NCBI GenBank assembly: GCA_023246055.1
Contig: JAHFJD010000001.1
Coordinates: 2,781 to 66,780 of the forward strand
DNA from: Candidatus Doudnabacteria bacterium
GTDB taxonomy: Bacteria; Patescibacteriota; Doudnabacteria; UBA920; 2-01-FULL-46-14
Reading direction: 5' to 3'
DNA: 64,000 bases
This document shows, piece by piece, positions 17,262 through 26,751 of the stretch (its first letter is position 1; every line of letters begins with the position of its first letter). The position numbers were made by a program, and so were the translations under genes. Under the pieces are notes generated by a model. The model saw nothing but the letters and a program-made list of their open reading frames with translations. It had not been told where the DNA came from and made no database searches.

Positions 17262-18014
17262 TTATTTTCCAGAAGGCAGCAAATCCCAGATAAGCTTAAA
17301 CCAGGTCCGGTAGGTTTCTGCGAGCTGCGGATGAATCATTACAAAGATTTTTCCGTCTTCGCCAAAATTGCCAATGTCTGTGCTGACAAAGGTTACGACA
17401 TAATCTCCAAACACATCCGTGTGTCCTTTGGCGGAATATTTTTTTGGTAGGATTTTATATTCCCCGCGAACCTTTTTAAAAGCCTGTGGCAGTTTTTCTT
17501 TTACGCGCCAATCATATAGTGTGTAGTATTTTTTCTTTTTGTGATGCATGGCGGATTGAAAGTCCTCTAGGTATTGTTTTTCAATCCCCGGAGAGAACCA
17601 CAACCCTTTGGCCCCCAAAAAATAGGTATCCTCTGCCACCCGGGCCATGTCGCGCATATAGTTTTTGAATCCCTCCAAGCCTTTGTAAATATAAGCGGCT
17701 TCTTCGAGTGGTTTGGCGTCATAGAGTTTTCTCATTTCAGGAAGCACGTTTGCGAGAGCATGTTCTTTTTCTGCCAAGACTTCGGCCAGCTTGTCAGGAG
17801 TGACGGCCCGGAACTGGTTCTCGCCTTTTTGAAAAATCCGAAACACCAGGCCTTTTTCTGTTAAGCGGTTCAGTGCGTCATAAACATTCCGCCGATGCAC
17901 GGCTGCTTTGAGGGAGATTTCCGACACACCAATCTCCCCTGCCGCAAGCAAGGTTTCGTAGATTTTGGCTTCATTCGGAGAAAGCCCTATATTTTCTAAT
18001 ATTTCCGCGTACAT
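17262..18014 (-). CDS. TrmB-family transcriptional regulator
   Basis: N-terminal HTH MYAEILENIGLSPNEAKIYETLLAAGEIGVSEIS; start placed at MYAEIL because the upstream 28 codons lie in a MITE-like repeat. Confidence 0.7.
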   Translation of the reverse strand: MYAEILENIGLSPNEAKIYETLLAAGEIGVSEISLKAAVHRRNVYDALNRLTEKGLVFRIFQKGENQFRAVTPDKLAEVLAEKEHALANVLPEMRKLYDAKPLEEAAYIYKGLEGFKNYMRDMARVAEDTYFLGAKGLWFSPGIEKQYLEDFQSAMHHKKKKYYTLYDWRVKEKLPQAFKKVRGEYKILPKKYSAKGHTDVFGDYVVTFVSTDIGNFGEDGKIFVMIHPQLAETYRTWFKLIWDLLPSGK

Positions 18015-18025
18015 ATGGTCATTTC

Positions 18026-18093
18026 TGTCATTCCCGCGGAGGCGGGAATCTATATAAACTAATCCTGGATTCCGGGTCAAGCCCGGAATGACA
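18026..18093. repeat. MITE-like element (family 2) with 9-bp terminal inverted repeats TGTCATTCC/GGAATGACA and internal hairpins
   Basis: TGTCATTCCCGCGGAGGCGGGAATC...CTGGATTCCGGGTCAAGCCCGGAATGACA; homologous copy at 48561-48620 and partial copy at 32304-32355. Confidence 0.55.
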
Positions 18094-18229
18094 ACCATTG
18101 TTAATGGTGCTCTTTATCACCCTATGGTGCTCTTGGCCACTCAATATCTTTATTGTATGCTCTCCTGTCACCATTGTCAACCCCGAACTGATTCGGTCCC
18201 AAAGCAGTGGTGCATTAAGGAGGAACAGG

Positions 18230-18769
18230 ATGGAGATAGAAGAAGGTAAAACAGCTTTGATTCAAACGGTCAAGTCGTTAGACAGAGACGACTCACTCAT
18301 CAGAAAAATTCAAGAAGAGGAGATTCCAGCAACTCCTTTGCCTAAAAATTTGCGGGCTTTGGTCGAGGTGATTGTGATGCATCTTACAAGGCTGGGGACT
18401 TTGTGCGGCTCTGTCCCCTCTTGCAATGGCTGGTCACTGGCTGTCCGTGAGGCTCCGGAGACAAGGGATCACTATTCTCAACAATGCTTTTTTGCAGTAA
18501 AAGGCCAATCGCGAGTTAGGCTTAGTAGAAGTTATTTGACGGATTTAGTTAAACCTTCGGAAGTGCTTGGGGTAGTACAGGCTTTGTCCACGTTGCCAGC
18601 AATTCTGACGGCTTGGCAGAGAGACGTAGAAAAGAAAAAGAAAGACGCGGCGGAGAAATTAAAAAAGACCGAAGGTGAGCTTGTGGAGGCAGAAAAGCAA
18701 TTAACCGATCTTTGTCGGGAATTGGTTAAAGTATCTACAGAAATTCTGAATCAAAAAAAGGAGAACTGA
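18230..18769 (+). CDS. Hypothetical protein with C-terminal coiled coil (first gene of 3-gene cassette)
   Basis: Start at ATG 18230 preceded by AGGAGG; 179 aa; KKKDAAEKLKKTEGELVEAEKQL coiled coil; no known domain. Confidence 0.5.
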   Translation: MEIEEGKTALIQTVKSLDRDDSLIRKIQEEEIPATPLPKNLRALVEVIVMHLTRLGTLCGSVPSCNGWSLAVREAPETRDHYSQQCFFAVKGQSRVRLSRSYLTDLVKPSEVLGVVQALSTLPAILTAWQRDVEKKKKDAAEKLKKTEGELVEAEKQLTDLCRELVKVSTEILNQKKEN

Positions 18770-18770
18770 A

Positions 18771-19424
18771 ATGCGGAAAAAGCTAATGGCGATGTGGAAA
18801 ACGCTATGGAGAACGTTTCTGTCTTATTTGATCGGTTGTGTGTTTGGGACTTTACTGTCCGCCCAAGACATCTCCCGGGCATCGTTTCTTTTGACGGCGG
18901 TCACTGTGACGGCCTTTGTCGTGTCGTTCAAACATCCCTTTGCCTCCCTTGCGAAAAGCGAGTGGTGGCAAAGATATGTTTTGCAATACGCGCCCTCGGC
19001 TCTGTTTGGACTCATCGCACCAGCAGTCTGGCAGGAAGCGGGTATTGCCGGGATTGTAATTCTGCTTGTCTCTGGTTCGATCCATGTCTCAAGCTGGAAT
19101 AACAATTCTGACTCCCGCTGGTACCGTTTGCAGCAGTTTCGGGAAGGGCTGGCGCAGGAGATGCCAGCCACCAACAGAGTGATTTCATTCCTCAATGGTC
19201 GCGGGTTGTCTGACGAGGCTGATCTGATCCTCTTGGCGATTTTTCGGGAGAAATCCAAAGACGAATGCGTGTCCCCAATGTTTGACATGAAGGAGATCCA
19301 GATGCAGTTTGACCTCGGTCAGCAGTGGCTTTTCCTAGACATTGCCAAGGAATTGACGAAGTACGTTGGGGTGAGAATGGGCCGCGGCATCGAAGTTCCA
19401 GAGAATATGGAGGAGAATCAATGA
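18771..19424 (+). CDS. Hypothetical membrane protein (N-terminal TM helices + cytoplasmic domain)
   Basis: 217 aa; 2-nt spacing to upstream gene; stop overlaps next start (ATGA). Confidence 0.5.
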   Translation: MRKKLMAMWKTLWRTFLSYLIGCVFGTLLSAQDISRASFLLTAVTVTAFVVSFKHPFASLAKSEWWQRYVLQYAPSALFGLIAPAVWQEAGIAGIVILLVSGSIHVSSWNNNSDSRWYRLQQFREGLAQEMPATNRVISFLNGRGLSDEADLILLAIFREKSKDECVSPMFDMKEIQMQFDLGQQWLFLDIAKELTKYVGVRMGRGIEVPENMEENQ

Positions 19425-19858
19425 AAAACAGGCATACCAGGAGCAACAGATATCCGATCACGGACGAGGTTCGAGTTTGGATAGTAAACTGCATCCGCAA
19501 GATCAATCTAACGCAAGACCTTTTGGCAAGCGAAAGCGGCGTGAAGAGATCGTGGCTTTCTCAAGTCTTGTCAGGGAGAAGGCACCAAGCAGTTGATCCG
19601 AACCTGATGCAGAGACTGCAGAGCGGTCTTGCAAAAGCCTTGAAAGAGTCCAAAGCTGAGGGGGTACAACAGCTGATCAGCGAGCTTCGCGTGCACTTTG
19701 CCGCGTTCGTGGACAATCTCCAGAGTTTGGACGATACCTCGTCTGCCTCTATGCGGATTGCTGCGGAGCTGCTTGAGAAACTGATTCAGGCTTGTCCCAG
19801 CAAGAAACAGCGCCTGCAAGTCATCAAGTTTTTGCAAATCATCGTCGAATCAGATTGA
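19421..19858 (+). CDS. HTH-domain protein (XRE-like)
   Basis: 145 aa from ATG 19421 (overlapping stop); LTQDLLASESGVKRSWLSQVLSGRR HTH-like. Confidence 0.5.
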   Translation: MKNRHTRSNRYPITDEVRVWIVNCIRKINLTQDLLASESGVKRSWLSQVLSGRRHQAVDPNLMQRLQSGLAKALKESKAEGVQQLISELRVHFAAFVDNLQSLDDTSSASMRIAAELLEKLIQACPSKKQRLQVIKFLQIIVESD

Positions 19859-19869
19859 GCTTTGATTTC

Positions 19870-19915
19870 ACGACCAAAAAAGGCGGCGGATAGCGAGCGA
19901 GCTACCCTACCGCCT
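19870..19915. terminator. Bidirectional rho-independent terminator
   Basis: AAAGGCGGCGGATAGCGAGCGAGCTACCCTACCGCCTTTATTTT hairpin with flanking A/T runs between convergent genes. Confidence 0.45.
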
Positions 19916-19920
19916 TTATT

Positions 19921-20178
19921 TTATTTATACAGATTGCTGTGGGTATCGAGGTCAGTGAAAAGAGCGGTATTTTTATCTAACAATTCATAAACAGCCCGAT
20001 AATCTCCGGTGATATTAATACTTCGGTATCCTTGGTATTTGCCAGTCAGGGCGTGATTACCAAGCATCGGGTGGGAAGGATTGGCCATGAATAAAATAAT
20101 TCGCTCATGAACTCGACTCTGCAATGTCCGGTATTTTTTATACTGTCTTATAAAGTCCTTGTGGTAGCGAACATTCAT
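19921..20178 (-). CDS. RelE/ParE-family toxin
   Basis: 85 aa; GDYRAVYEL motif; overlaps upstream antitoxin gene by 4 nt. Confidence 0.75.
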   Translation of the reverse strand: MNVRYHKDFIRQYKKYRTLQSRVHERIILFMANPSHPMLGNHALTGKYQGYRSINITGDYRAVYELLDKNTALFTDLDTHSNLYK

Positions 20179-20450
20179 TGAGAACGCAGGTAGCGGATGG
20201 CTTCTTGTGGATCAGAAAAAGCCGGCGAAATATTTTTTCCAGTTTTTAAATCTTTTTCAACTTTCGCCAAATGCCGCTCCAGCTTGACACTCATTTGGTA
20301 CGGAGCAGAAAAACGAATTTCTTTTTTTTCAATACTCTCCTTGAGAGAGCCAGCCACAACTGTACTCAAAGGCAAGCCGACCTCTTCGGCGAAGGTTTGC
20401 GCCTGTTTTTTGAGTGCTCTATCAATTTTGACGGTTAACACAGTTTTCAT
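20175..20450 (-). CDS. RelB/DinJ-family antitoxin
   Basis: MKTVLTVKIDRALKKQAQTFAEEVGLPLSTVV RHH-like N-terminus; start at internal Met (ORF table extends upstream). Confidence 0.7.
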   Translation of the reverse strand: MKTVLTVKIDRALKKQAQTFAEEVGLPLSTVVAGSLKESIEKKEIRFSAPYQMSVKLERHLAKVEKDLKTGKNISPAFSDPQEAIRYLRSQ

Positions 20451-20511
20451 AACAATATAACCATTGTATACACAACGGTAATATTTGTCAAGATTTATTT
20501 TTTCGGGTTTT

Positions 20512-23049
20512 TTACACGATCGTTGCGGAAGCGACAGTGTCTTTGTCATCAAGTCTGATGACGCGCACACCCTGGGTGGAACGGCCCAAGGTAGAGATAG
20601 TGCCGAGTGCAGTGCGCAGAGTCTGGCCGGCTTTGGAGATCACCACCAGATCAGCTTCGATAGCGCGATCCACAATATGCATGACACAGATGTTGCCGGT
20701 TTTTTTGGTGATATTCAGGGTTTTGATGCCCGACCCGCCGCGGCCCTGGATTTTGTATTCGGAAAGATTGGTTTTTTTGCCTAGGCCAAACTCGGACACC
20801 ACCAAAACTTGTAAATTTTTGGGATCTAAAGCTTTTTCAATGATCTCCACACTCATCACCTCATCGCCTTTGCGGAGCCTCATCCCCCGCACACCGGAAG
20901 CGTTTCTCCCCATTGGCCGGACCTGCCCCTCTTTATATCGAATAGCTTGTCCGTGGGCTGTGGTCATCATCACCTCGTCACTTCCAGAGGTCAAATGTAC
21001 CCATTTTAGTTCATCATCAGGGCGCATTTTCATGGCAATGAGTCCGGATTTTCTAACTTTGGTTAATTCAGAAATTTCCACTTTTTTGACAGTTCCGCGT
21101 TTTGTGCCCATGAACATAAATTTGTATTTTCCAGCCTCGGTTTTTCCGTACGTCAGCACTGCGGTGGCACTTTCCCCTGGCCCGAGATTCAAGAAATTCA
21201 CCAGCGCTTGCCCTTTGGCTGTCCTGGAAGTCTCGGGTAATTCATAGACTTTGGTTTGGAAAGCCCGACCTTTGTTTGTAAAAAATAAAATGTCATCATG
21301 TGTCTCGGCAGACAGCATTTTTTCCACTACATCTTCCTCTTTGGTGGTGATGCCGATCACGCCTTTGCCGCCGCGGCCTTGTTTGCGGTAAGTGTCAGGG
21401 GGTAAGCGCTTTACGTATCCTCCCTTAGTGACTACGATTATCACCTCTTCGTTGGCGATGAGATCCTCGACCTTGAACTCTCCGATCGGGGATTTTACGA
21501 GCTTGGTGCGCCGCGCATCCCCAAACTTGGTTTTGAGATCGAGAATCTCCTGTTTGATGACACCGTCAATTTTTTTCGGACTTTTGAGCAAATCTTCAAG
21601 CGTGGAAATCAGGCGGAGTTTCTCTTTGAGTTCATCATCAATTTTTTTGCGCTCGAGGCCCGCGAGAGCAGACAGGCGCATCTCCAGGATGGCTGCGGAC
21701 TGTTTGTCGGAGAGCTGGAATTTTTTCATGAGCGCAGCGTGCGCTTCCTCACGGGTAAATGATTGCTTTATGGTCTTGATTACCTCGTCAATATGATCGA
21801 GGGCTTTTTTGAGCCCCTCCAAAATGTGTGCGCGGTCGCGGGCCCGTTCCAGTTCAAAACGAGTGCGCCTCGTCACCACTTCGCGGCGGTGGGTCACGTA
21901 GTATTCCAAAATCATTTTCAGATTTAAGACCCGCGGGTCTATGCCATCCACCAGCGCCAGAGTATTGAGGTGAAAAGTCTCTTGCAATTGGGAGTAGTTA
22001 AACAGCTGGTTCAAAACTTTGTTGGGGATAGCATCCCTTTTTAGTTCGATGACAATGCGCACCCCGTCCTTGTCTGATTCGTCCCGCAGATCGCGAATCC
22101 CCTCGATTTTTTTATCCCCTACGAGTTTCGCGAATTGCTCCAAGAGTGTAGCTTTGTTTACGCGGTATGGTATTTCAGTGACAATAATATGATAACTGCC
22201 GTCTTTCACCTCAATTATCTCGGTTTTGGCGCGCATGACAATGCTTCCCTTGCCAGTGGCATATGCGGCTTTGATGGCACTCCAATCATAAATAATCCCG
22301 CCAGTGGGGAAATCCGGACCTTGCACAAATTCCGTCAAATCTTCGCTCGTGAGTTTCGGGTTGTCAATGATTGCCACGGCAGCATCCACCACTTCGCCAA
22401 GGTTGTGGGGCGGAATGTCGGTGGCCATGCCCACGGCAATGCCCAGAGTGCCATTGAGGAGCAGATTTGGGAGTTTGGCTGGCAGCACTTTTGGTTCTTT
22501 TTTTGTGGCATCATAGTTGTCCATGAAATTTACTGTGTCTTTGTCCAAATCAGTAAGCAGCTCAAGGGACATGGGCGCGAGTCTGCATTCCGAATACCGC
22601 ATGGCAGCCGGCGCGTCGCCATCGAGGGAGCCAAAATTTCCTTGTCCATCCACCAGCGGATAGCGCATGGAAAAATCTTGGGCCAGACGAACCAGTGAAT
22701 CATAGACCGCGACATCCCCGTGCGGGTGGTACTTACCAAGTACCTCTCCAACCACAGTAGCCGATTTGCGGTACCTGGCTTGCGGCGTGAGCCCCAGCTC
22801 GCTCATAGCGTAGAGCACGCGGCGATGAACCGGTTTGAGGCCGTCACGAACATCCGGTAAAGCTCGGGACACGATCACGCTCATGGCGTAATCAAGATAG
22901 CTCTCCTGCATTTCGTCCTCAATATGCCGCGGTTTTATGTAGCCGATTTCTCCGCCAGTCGGCGGATGCGGCTTCTCGAGCTTATCTTGGTGCTTCGGTT
23001 TTTTGGAGTTGTGATCGCCCGATTTTTTTGCCATCTTAGAAATTTTCAA
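20512..23049 (-). CDS. gyrA: DNA gyrase subunit A
   Basis: 845 aa, GyrA N-terminal and beta-pinwheel C-terminal domains. Confidence 0.95.
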   Translation of the reverse strand: MKISKMAKKSGDHNSKKPKHQDKLEKPHPPTGGEIGYIKPRHIEDEMQESYLDYAMSVIVSRALPDVRDGLKPVHRRVLYAMSELGLTPQARYRKSATVVGEVLGKYHPHGDVAVYDSLVRLAQDFSMRYPLVDGQGNFGSLDGDAPAAMRYSECRLAPMSLELLTDLDKDTVNFMDNYDATKKEPKVLPAKLPNLLLNGTLGIAVGMATDIPPHNLGEVVDAAVAIIDNPKLTSEDLTEFVQGPDFPTGGIIYDWSAIKAAYATGKGSIVMRAKTEIIEVKDGSYHIIVTEIPYRVNKATLLEQFAKLVGDKKIEGIRDLRDESDKDGVRIVIELKRDAIPNKVLNQLFNYSQLQETFHLNTLALVDGIDPRVLNLKMILEYYVTHRREVVTRRTRFELERARDRAHILEGLKKALDHIDEVIKTIKQSFTREEAHAALMKKFQLSDKQSAAILEMRLSALAGLERKKIDDELKEKLRLISTLEDLLKSPKKIDGVIKQEILDLKTKFGDARRTKLVKSPIGEFKVEDLIANEEVIIVVTKGGYVKRLPPDTYRKQGRGGKGVIGITTKEEDVVEKMLSAETHDDILFFTNKGRAFQTKVYELPETSRTAKGQALVNFLNLGPGESATAVLTYGKTEAGKYKFMFMGTKRGTVKKVEISELTKVRKSGLIAMKMRPDDELKWVHLTSGSDEVMMTTAHGQAIRYKEGQVRPMGRNASGVRGMRLRKGDEVMSVEIIEKALDPKNLQVLVVSEFGLGKKTNLSEYKIQGRGGSGIKTLNITKKTGNICVMHIVDRAIEADLVVISKAGQTLRTALGTISTLGRSTQGVRVIRLDDKDTVASATIV

Positions 23050-23143
23050 TTATCAATTTTGCAATTTTCAATCAAATCCCAATTACCAATTGAGAATTGA
23101 AGCCTTGAAAATTTATTGATAATTGGTCATTGAAAATTGATAA
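23050..23143. promoter_or_regulatory. AT-rich gyrA upstream region with reiterated CAATT/TTGATAATT motifs
   Basis: aattttcaattatcaattttgcaattttcaatcaaatcccaattaccaattgagaattgaag...ttgataattggtcattgaaaattgataatt. Confidence 0.3.
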
Positions 23144-23344
23144 TTATTTAAATTTCGATTTAAGCTCTCTAACGTTATTCCATATCTCTTGCAGTTTCGA
23201 AGTATCGCCTTTTTCTGTAGCTCGGAATTTCAAGGTCAGACCCCAAATTGCCAGAATCAGAACCGCGGTCACAACTGAAGCAATCTTGAGAATGCGTAGC
23301 CGTTGTGCAAAGGGCTTGGCCTGCAGTTTTTTTAAGTAATTCAT
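23144..23344 (-). CDS. Hypothetical small membrane protein
   Basis: 66 aa ORF with one TM helix, fits intergenic gap. Confidence 0.35.
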   Translation of the reverse strand: MNYLKKLQAKPFAQRLRILKIASVVTAVLILAIWGLTLKFRATEKGDTSKLQEIWNNVRELKSKFK

Positions 23345-23354
23345 GTTGCGGCAT

Positions 23355-23978
23355 TTAGCGCTGCGGCTCCAGCACGATCACTTCAGTCTTGTCTGAAACT
23401 GCCAGATCGCTCTTCTTGAGGGTGAATTTTTCTTGCGGAGCGGCTTTGGTGCCCCCGAGCTCTTTGAGGAATTGTTCGACCTTATCAAGCGACGTCTTGA
23501 GTCCGGATTGCGCGTAATGCATGGGGATGACAAATCGCGGTTCGAGCTGATTAACGATTTTTACAGCCTCCTCGGCATCGCAGACACTATGCCCCCCGAC
23601 TGGCACAAACAGAATGTCTATTTCTCCCAGCTCCTCGACTTGCTCATCGGACAGTTCTGTTTCTTTGAGACTACCCAAAAAACCCAATCGAATATCTTCC
23701 ATGCGGATGGAGTAAATTGTCGCGCCGCGTCCGGCCACCCCCCTGATAAATAGACCTTTGACGTCATATTCACCTGGTGAATCGACCACAAAGGTGTTTT
23801 CATCTCCGACTGTGTCGCGGTTGCTATAGAGTTCTGATTCCGCATTCGACAGAATCACAAGATCTGTCTGTCCGCGAGGAGGCATAAGGCCAGTGGTTTT
23901 GGAAAAAGGGTCTGTGATTAGGGACAGGGACCCAAAAGAAATTTTGAAACTCGAGAGTCCAAACCAGGAAATTACCAT
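23355..23978 (-). CDS. MBL-fold metal-dependent hydrolase
   Basis: 207 aa; beta-lactamase-fold like (…VPVGGHSVCD…) small hydrolase. Confidence 0.6.
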   Translation of the reverse strand: MVISWFGLSSFKISFGSLSLITDPFSKTTGLMPPRGQTDLVILSNAESELYSNRDTVGDENTFVVDSPGEYDVKGLFIRGVAGRGATIYSIRMEDIRLGFLGSLKETELSDEQVEELGEIDILFVPVGGHSVCDAEEAVKIVNQLEPRFVIPMHYAQSGLKTSLDKVEQFLKELGGTKAAPQEKFTLKKSDLAVSDKTEVIVLEPQR

Positions 23979-24054
23979 GGGTTAATTATAGCCGATTATC
24001 CTTGACTTGTCATGCCTTTTCAGCTATATTTTGGAGTCCTTAAGGAGGATTATA

Positions 24055-24345
24055 ATGCGGTCATTTTGGAATTTTTTGCGGGACTGTTGGTACTGGTTTT
24101 ACGCGGGTCTCATGTCGAATGCGTCAAATTACCATTTGGATAAGCAGGAGGAGGAACGAAGGCTGATAATCAACCACGCGGCTGACGCGTCTCGAACTGA
24201 TGAGGAAGTTCATAGAGAATTTCTCGAGTACGTTCGGGATTATGATCGGCCCATGCGCTTGAGGCGGACATGGCAGTTAGTAGAAGAGCTGTTCGAACTC
24301 CGTCCGGTTATGATGGCCAAGTATTCGCGAAAGGAGCAAAAATAG
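24055..24345 (+). CDS. Hypothetical protein
   Basis: 96 aa from ATG 24055 preceded by AAGGAGG; followed by terminator. Confidence 0.45.
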   Translation: MRSFWNFLRDCWYWFYAGLMSNASNYHLDKQEEERRLIINHAADASRTDEEVHREFLEYVRDYDRPMRLRRTWQLVEELFELRPVMMAKYSRKEQK

Positions 24346-24348
24346 GCG

Positions 24349-24380
24349 GGCGACCTCCCATAAATGGTCGCTTTTTTTTT
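24349..24380 (+). terminator. Rho-independent terminator
   Basis: GGCGACCTCCCATAAATGGTCGC + T9. Confidence 0.6.
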
Positions 24381-24520
24381 CTGAAACAGGGAAGCTTATT
24401 TAATGATTGCATAAAACAAAAGCCGCCTTTCGGCGACCTTTGGATCTCACTTCAGTGAGAGAATCAGGCTTATCATCCTATAAATGTATTATAGGCAAAA
24501 AAAAATATTTGTCAAGCGCC

Positions 24521-24590
24521 GTTGGAGGTGAGGGGAGTTGAACCCCCGAGATCTGGGATGATAAGCCCTATCTCCCACCCGGCACCCCCA
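24521..24590 (-). ncRNA. tRNA-like element with Ala-type acceptor stem (G3:U70) and canonical T-arm but atypical 67-nt core
   Basis: Minus strand: GGGGGTG...GGGGGTTCAACTCCCCT CACCTCC A; acceptor and T-arm pair perfectly, D/anticodon region does not fold as standard cloverleaf. Confidence 0.3.
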
Positions 24591-24799
24591 CGGCCAAATA
24601 ATTATACCACGCAGTGGCCGGGCTTGATTTATTTTATTACCTTTGTTAGTATATGAAAACAATTGAATAAGTCTCAAGCAAGACTATTTAACTCTTAATT
24701 AACTACTAACTCTTAACCCTTGCCCGCCCTTCCGAAGCTTTAGCGCAGGAGGGCGCAATCAAAGTGGATACGGGTTAAGTATCCTTTTTTCTTACCAAA

Positions 24800-26068
24800 A
24801 TGCCCGAACAGACCATGGAGGAGCTCCTCCTCCAGTCAAAAATCAAAATCCTCGCTGCCGGCGATGTGGTCAAAGGCCGCATTTTGAGCGTGGGCAAAAA
24901 CGAAGTCTACGTGGACGTGGACGGCATCGGCATTGGCGTGGTGCGCGGCCGCGAGCTTTATGATGACGAGACGATTCTTTCTTCCCTAAAAGCCAATGAC
25001 GAGGTATTTGCCTCGGTGATCGAGGTAGAAAACAAAGAGGGCAACATTGAGCTATCTTTCCGCAAAGCCGGTCTCGAACGAGTTTGGCAAACTTTGCGGG
25101 AGAAGATGGAGAGCCGCGAGGTGATCCGAACCAAGATTCTGGAAGCGAACAAGGGCGGTCTCATGGTGCGCATCAACAACGTGGTTGGTTTTTTGCCTGT
25201 ATCGCAGCTCGCCCCCATGCATTATCCGCGGGTGGAGGATGGCGATAAAAACAAGATTTTGTCAGTCTTGCGGGGTTACGTGGGACAGGATTTTGATGTT
25301 CGAGTGATTACCGCCGAGCAGGACGGGGAGAAATTGATTGTTTCGGAACGAGCAGTAATCGAAAGCGAGTTGTTGCAAAAAATCGGCAAACTCTCAATCG
25401 GTGACATAGTAGAAGGTGAAATCACAGGAGTCGTGGATTTTGGGGCATTCGTGAAATTTGGGGATGGCCTCGAGGGGCTCGTGCATATCTCCGAGCTCGC
25501 TTGGCAACGGATTGAAAATCCCAAGGACATAGTGAAGGTCGGGCAAAAGGCCAAGGCCCAGATTATTGCCATTGATAATGATCGCATTAGTTTGTCCCTG
25601 AAGCGGCTCCTTAAGGATCCGTGGGAAGACGCAGTGAAAAAATATAAAATTGGGCAGATGGTCAAAGGCCGAGTTTTGAAACTCGCGACCTTTGGAGCGT
25701 TCGTTGAGCTGGATCCGGAAATCCATGGCCTCGCGCATCTTGGGGAGTTGTCTGTGGAAAAAATTGCCGATGTCAGTGCAGTCATCAAAGAAGGCGAAGA
25801 GCGAGAGTTTCGCATCATTTCTATTGAGCCAGCAGATCACCGATTAGGGTTATCTTTGAAACCGCCCGCCCGGCAATCGCCTGAAGGCTCAAGCCAGATG
25901 GCGGACGGGCCAAAAACAGAGGCACGGACTGAGGCCAAAACGGAAGAAACAAAAACTCCAACATCCCCTGAAAGCGGGGTCGGAGCGTCGACCGAGAGTG
26001 GAATCGCAGTTCCGACCGAAAGCGTCGGCGAACAACAAGCTCCCGAAGCAGCGAAAACCCCGGCCTAA
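24800..26068 (+). CDS. rpsA: 30S ribosomal protein S1 (four S1 domains) with low-complexity C-terminal tail
   Basis: 422 aa; repeated S1 domains; tail PKTEARTEAKTEETKTPTSPESG. Confidence 0.85.
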   Translation: MPEQTMEELLLQSKIKILAAGDVVKGRILSVGKNEVYVDVDGIGIGVVRGRELYDDETILSSLKANDEVFASVIEVENKEGNIELSFRKAGLERVWQTLREKMESREVIRTKILEANKGGLMVRINNVVGFLPVSQLAPMHYPRVEDGDKNKILSVLRGYVGQDFDVRVITAEQDGEKLIVSERAVIESELLQKIGKLSIGDIVEGEITGVVDFGAFVKFGDGLEGLVHISELAWQRIENPKDIVKVGQKAKAQIIAIDNDRISLSLKRLLKDPWEDAVKKYKIGQMVKGRVLKLATFGAFVELDPEIHGLAHLGELSVEKIADVSAVIKEGEEREFRIISIEPADHRLGLSLKPPARQSPEGSSQMADGPKTEARTEAKTEETKTPTSPESGVGASTESGIAVPTESVGEQQAPEAAKTPA

Positions 26069-26117
26069 TCCGGGGTTTTAAATCCACGAAAATAAAGATA
26101 TAATTACCGAGTCAAAT

Positions 26118-26170
26118 CGGTCTGGTGCCCGAGCAGTTAGGGAGCGGTCTGCCTGCCCGCCACGGCCTGA
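26118..26170 (+). other. Partial duplicate of tRNA-Cys 5' half (38 nt identical to positions 1-38 of the intact gene)
   Basis: GGTCTGGTGCCCGAGCAGTTAGGGAGCGGTCTGC repeated verbatim at 26171. Confidence 0.6.
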
Positions 26171-26241
26171 GGTCTGGTGCCCGAGCAGTTAGGGAGCGGT
26201 CTGCAAAACCGCGTAGACGGGTGCAACTCCCGTCCAGACCT
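26171..26241 (+). tRNA. tRNA-Cys (anticodon GCA)
   Basis: 71 nt; acceptor GGTCTGG/CCAGACC, anticodon stem GCGGT/ACCGC, loop CTGCAAA; unusual T-loop TGCAACT. Confidence 0.7.
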
Positions 26242-26300
26242 TGGGCGATGGCAGGCGGGCAAAACCGCCATTCACGGGTGCAACTCCCGTCGTGGCCTCC
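26242..26300 (+). other. Degenerate tRNA-Cys-like 3' fragment with encoded CCA
   Basis: Shares ACGGGTGCAACTCCCGTC T-arm with the intact gene; ends CGTGGCCTCCA; lacks D-arm. Confidence 0.45.
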
Positions 26301-26345
26301 AAGGTATTATTCCCCTCTTAGGCTAAGAGGGGTTAGGGGAGTTAA

Positions 26346-26732
26346 GAATTTGTAGTATATTATAACAATCCCCAAACGAAAACGAACCGCCACGAGCTTC
26401 GGCGAAATCAAACTGAAGTCGAGAAGAGGTTATGGCAAGTTCTGCGAAATAAACAGCTTGAAGGATTATTTTTTTTCCGGCAATATAATGTTGGTCAGTA
26501 CATATTGAATTTTTATTGCCCAAAGCTGAAGCTTGCGATTGAGCTAGACGGCGGACAGCACGCTGAAGAAATAAATAAAACATACGATGATCAGCGATCC
26601 GATTTTCTGCGCGAAAGGACAATAAAAGCCTTGAGATTTTGGAATAATGAAGTAATGGAAACAATGGATGGAGTTATTGATAAGATACGAATGAAAATTA
26701 AAATAACCCCTCCTAACCTCCCCTTAGTTTAA
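26346..26732 (+). CDS. DUF559 (Vsr/PD-(D/E)xK endonuclease-like) domain protein lacking a canonical start codon
   Basis: In-frame translation ...RLWQVLRNKQLEGLFFFRQYNVGQYILNFYCPKLKLAIELDGGQH...LRFWNNEV matches DUF559; only TTG at 26505 available as start; flanked by GC hairpin repeats at 26316-26340 and 26709-26740. Confidence 0.55.
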   Translation, partial: EFVVYYNNPQTKTNRHELRRNQTEVEKRLWQVLRNKQLEGLFFFRQYNVGQYILNFYCPKLKLAIELDGGQHAEEINKTYDDQRSDFLRERTIKALRFWNNEVMETMDGVIDKIRMKIKITPPNLPLV

Positions 26733-26751
26733 GGGGAGGAACAAAGCCCAT

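Noticed and set aside
18824-19288. ORFs 18794-19102 (+), 18824-19288 (-), 18852-19085 (-), 19192-19506 (-)
   Set aside because: All overlap the better-supported co-directional three-gene cassette in other frames/strands, consistent with spurious ORFs in a moderately GC-rich segment.
24489-24677. ORF 24489-24677 (-), 62 aa
   Set aside because: Reads straight through the tRNA-like element and A/T-rich spacer; no coding signal.
24346-24799. tmRNA (ssrA) hypothesis for the large non-coding region with Ala-type acceptor and T-arm
   Set aside because: No 5' segment capable of pairing with the 3' acceptor exists anywhere in the ~280 nt available before the rpsA start except 53 nt upstream. No UUCGAC-type 5' motif or convincing tag ORF ending in ...ALAA was found. 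Kept only as an atypical tRNA-like element.
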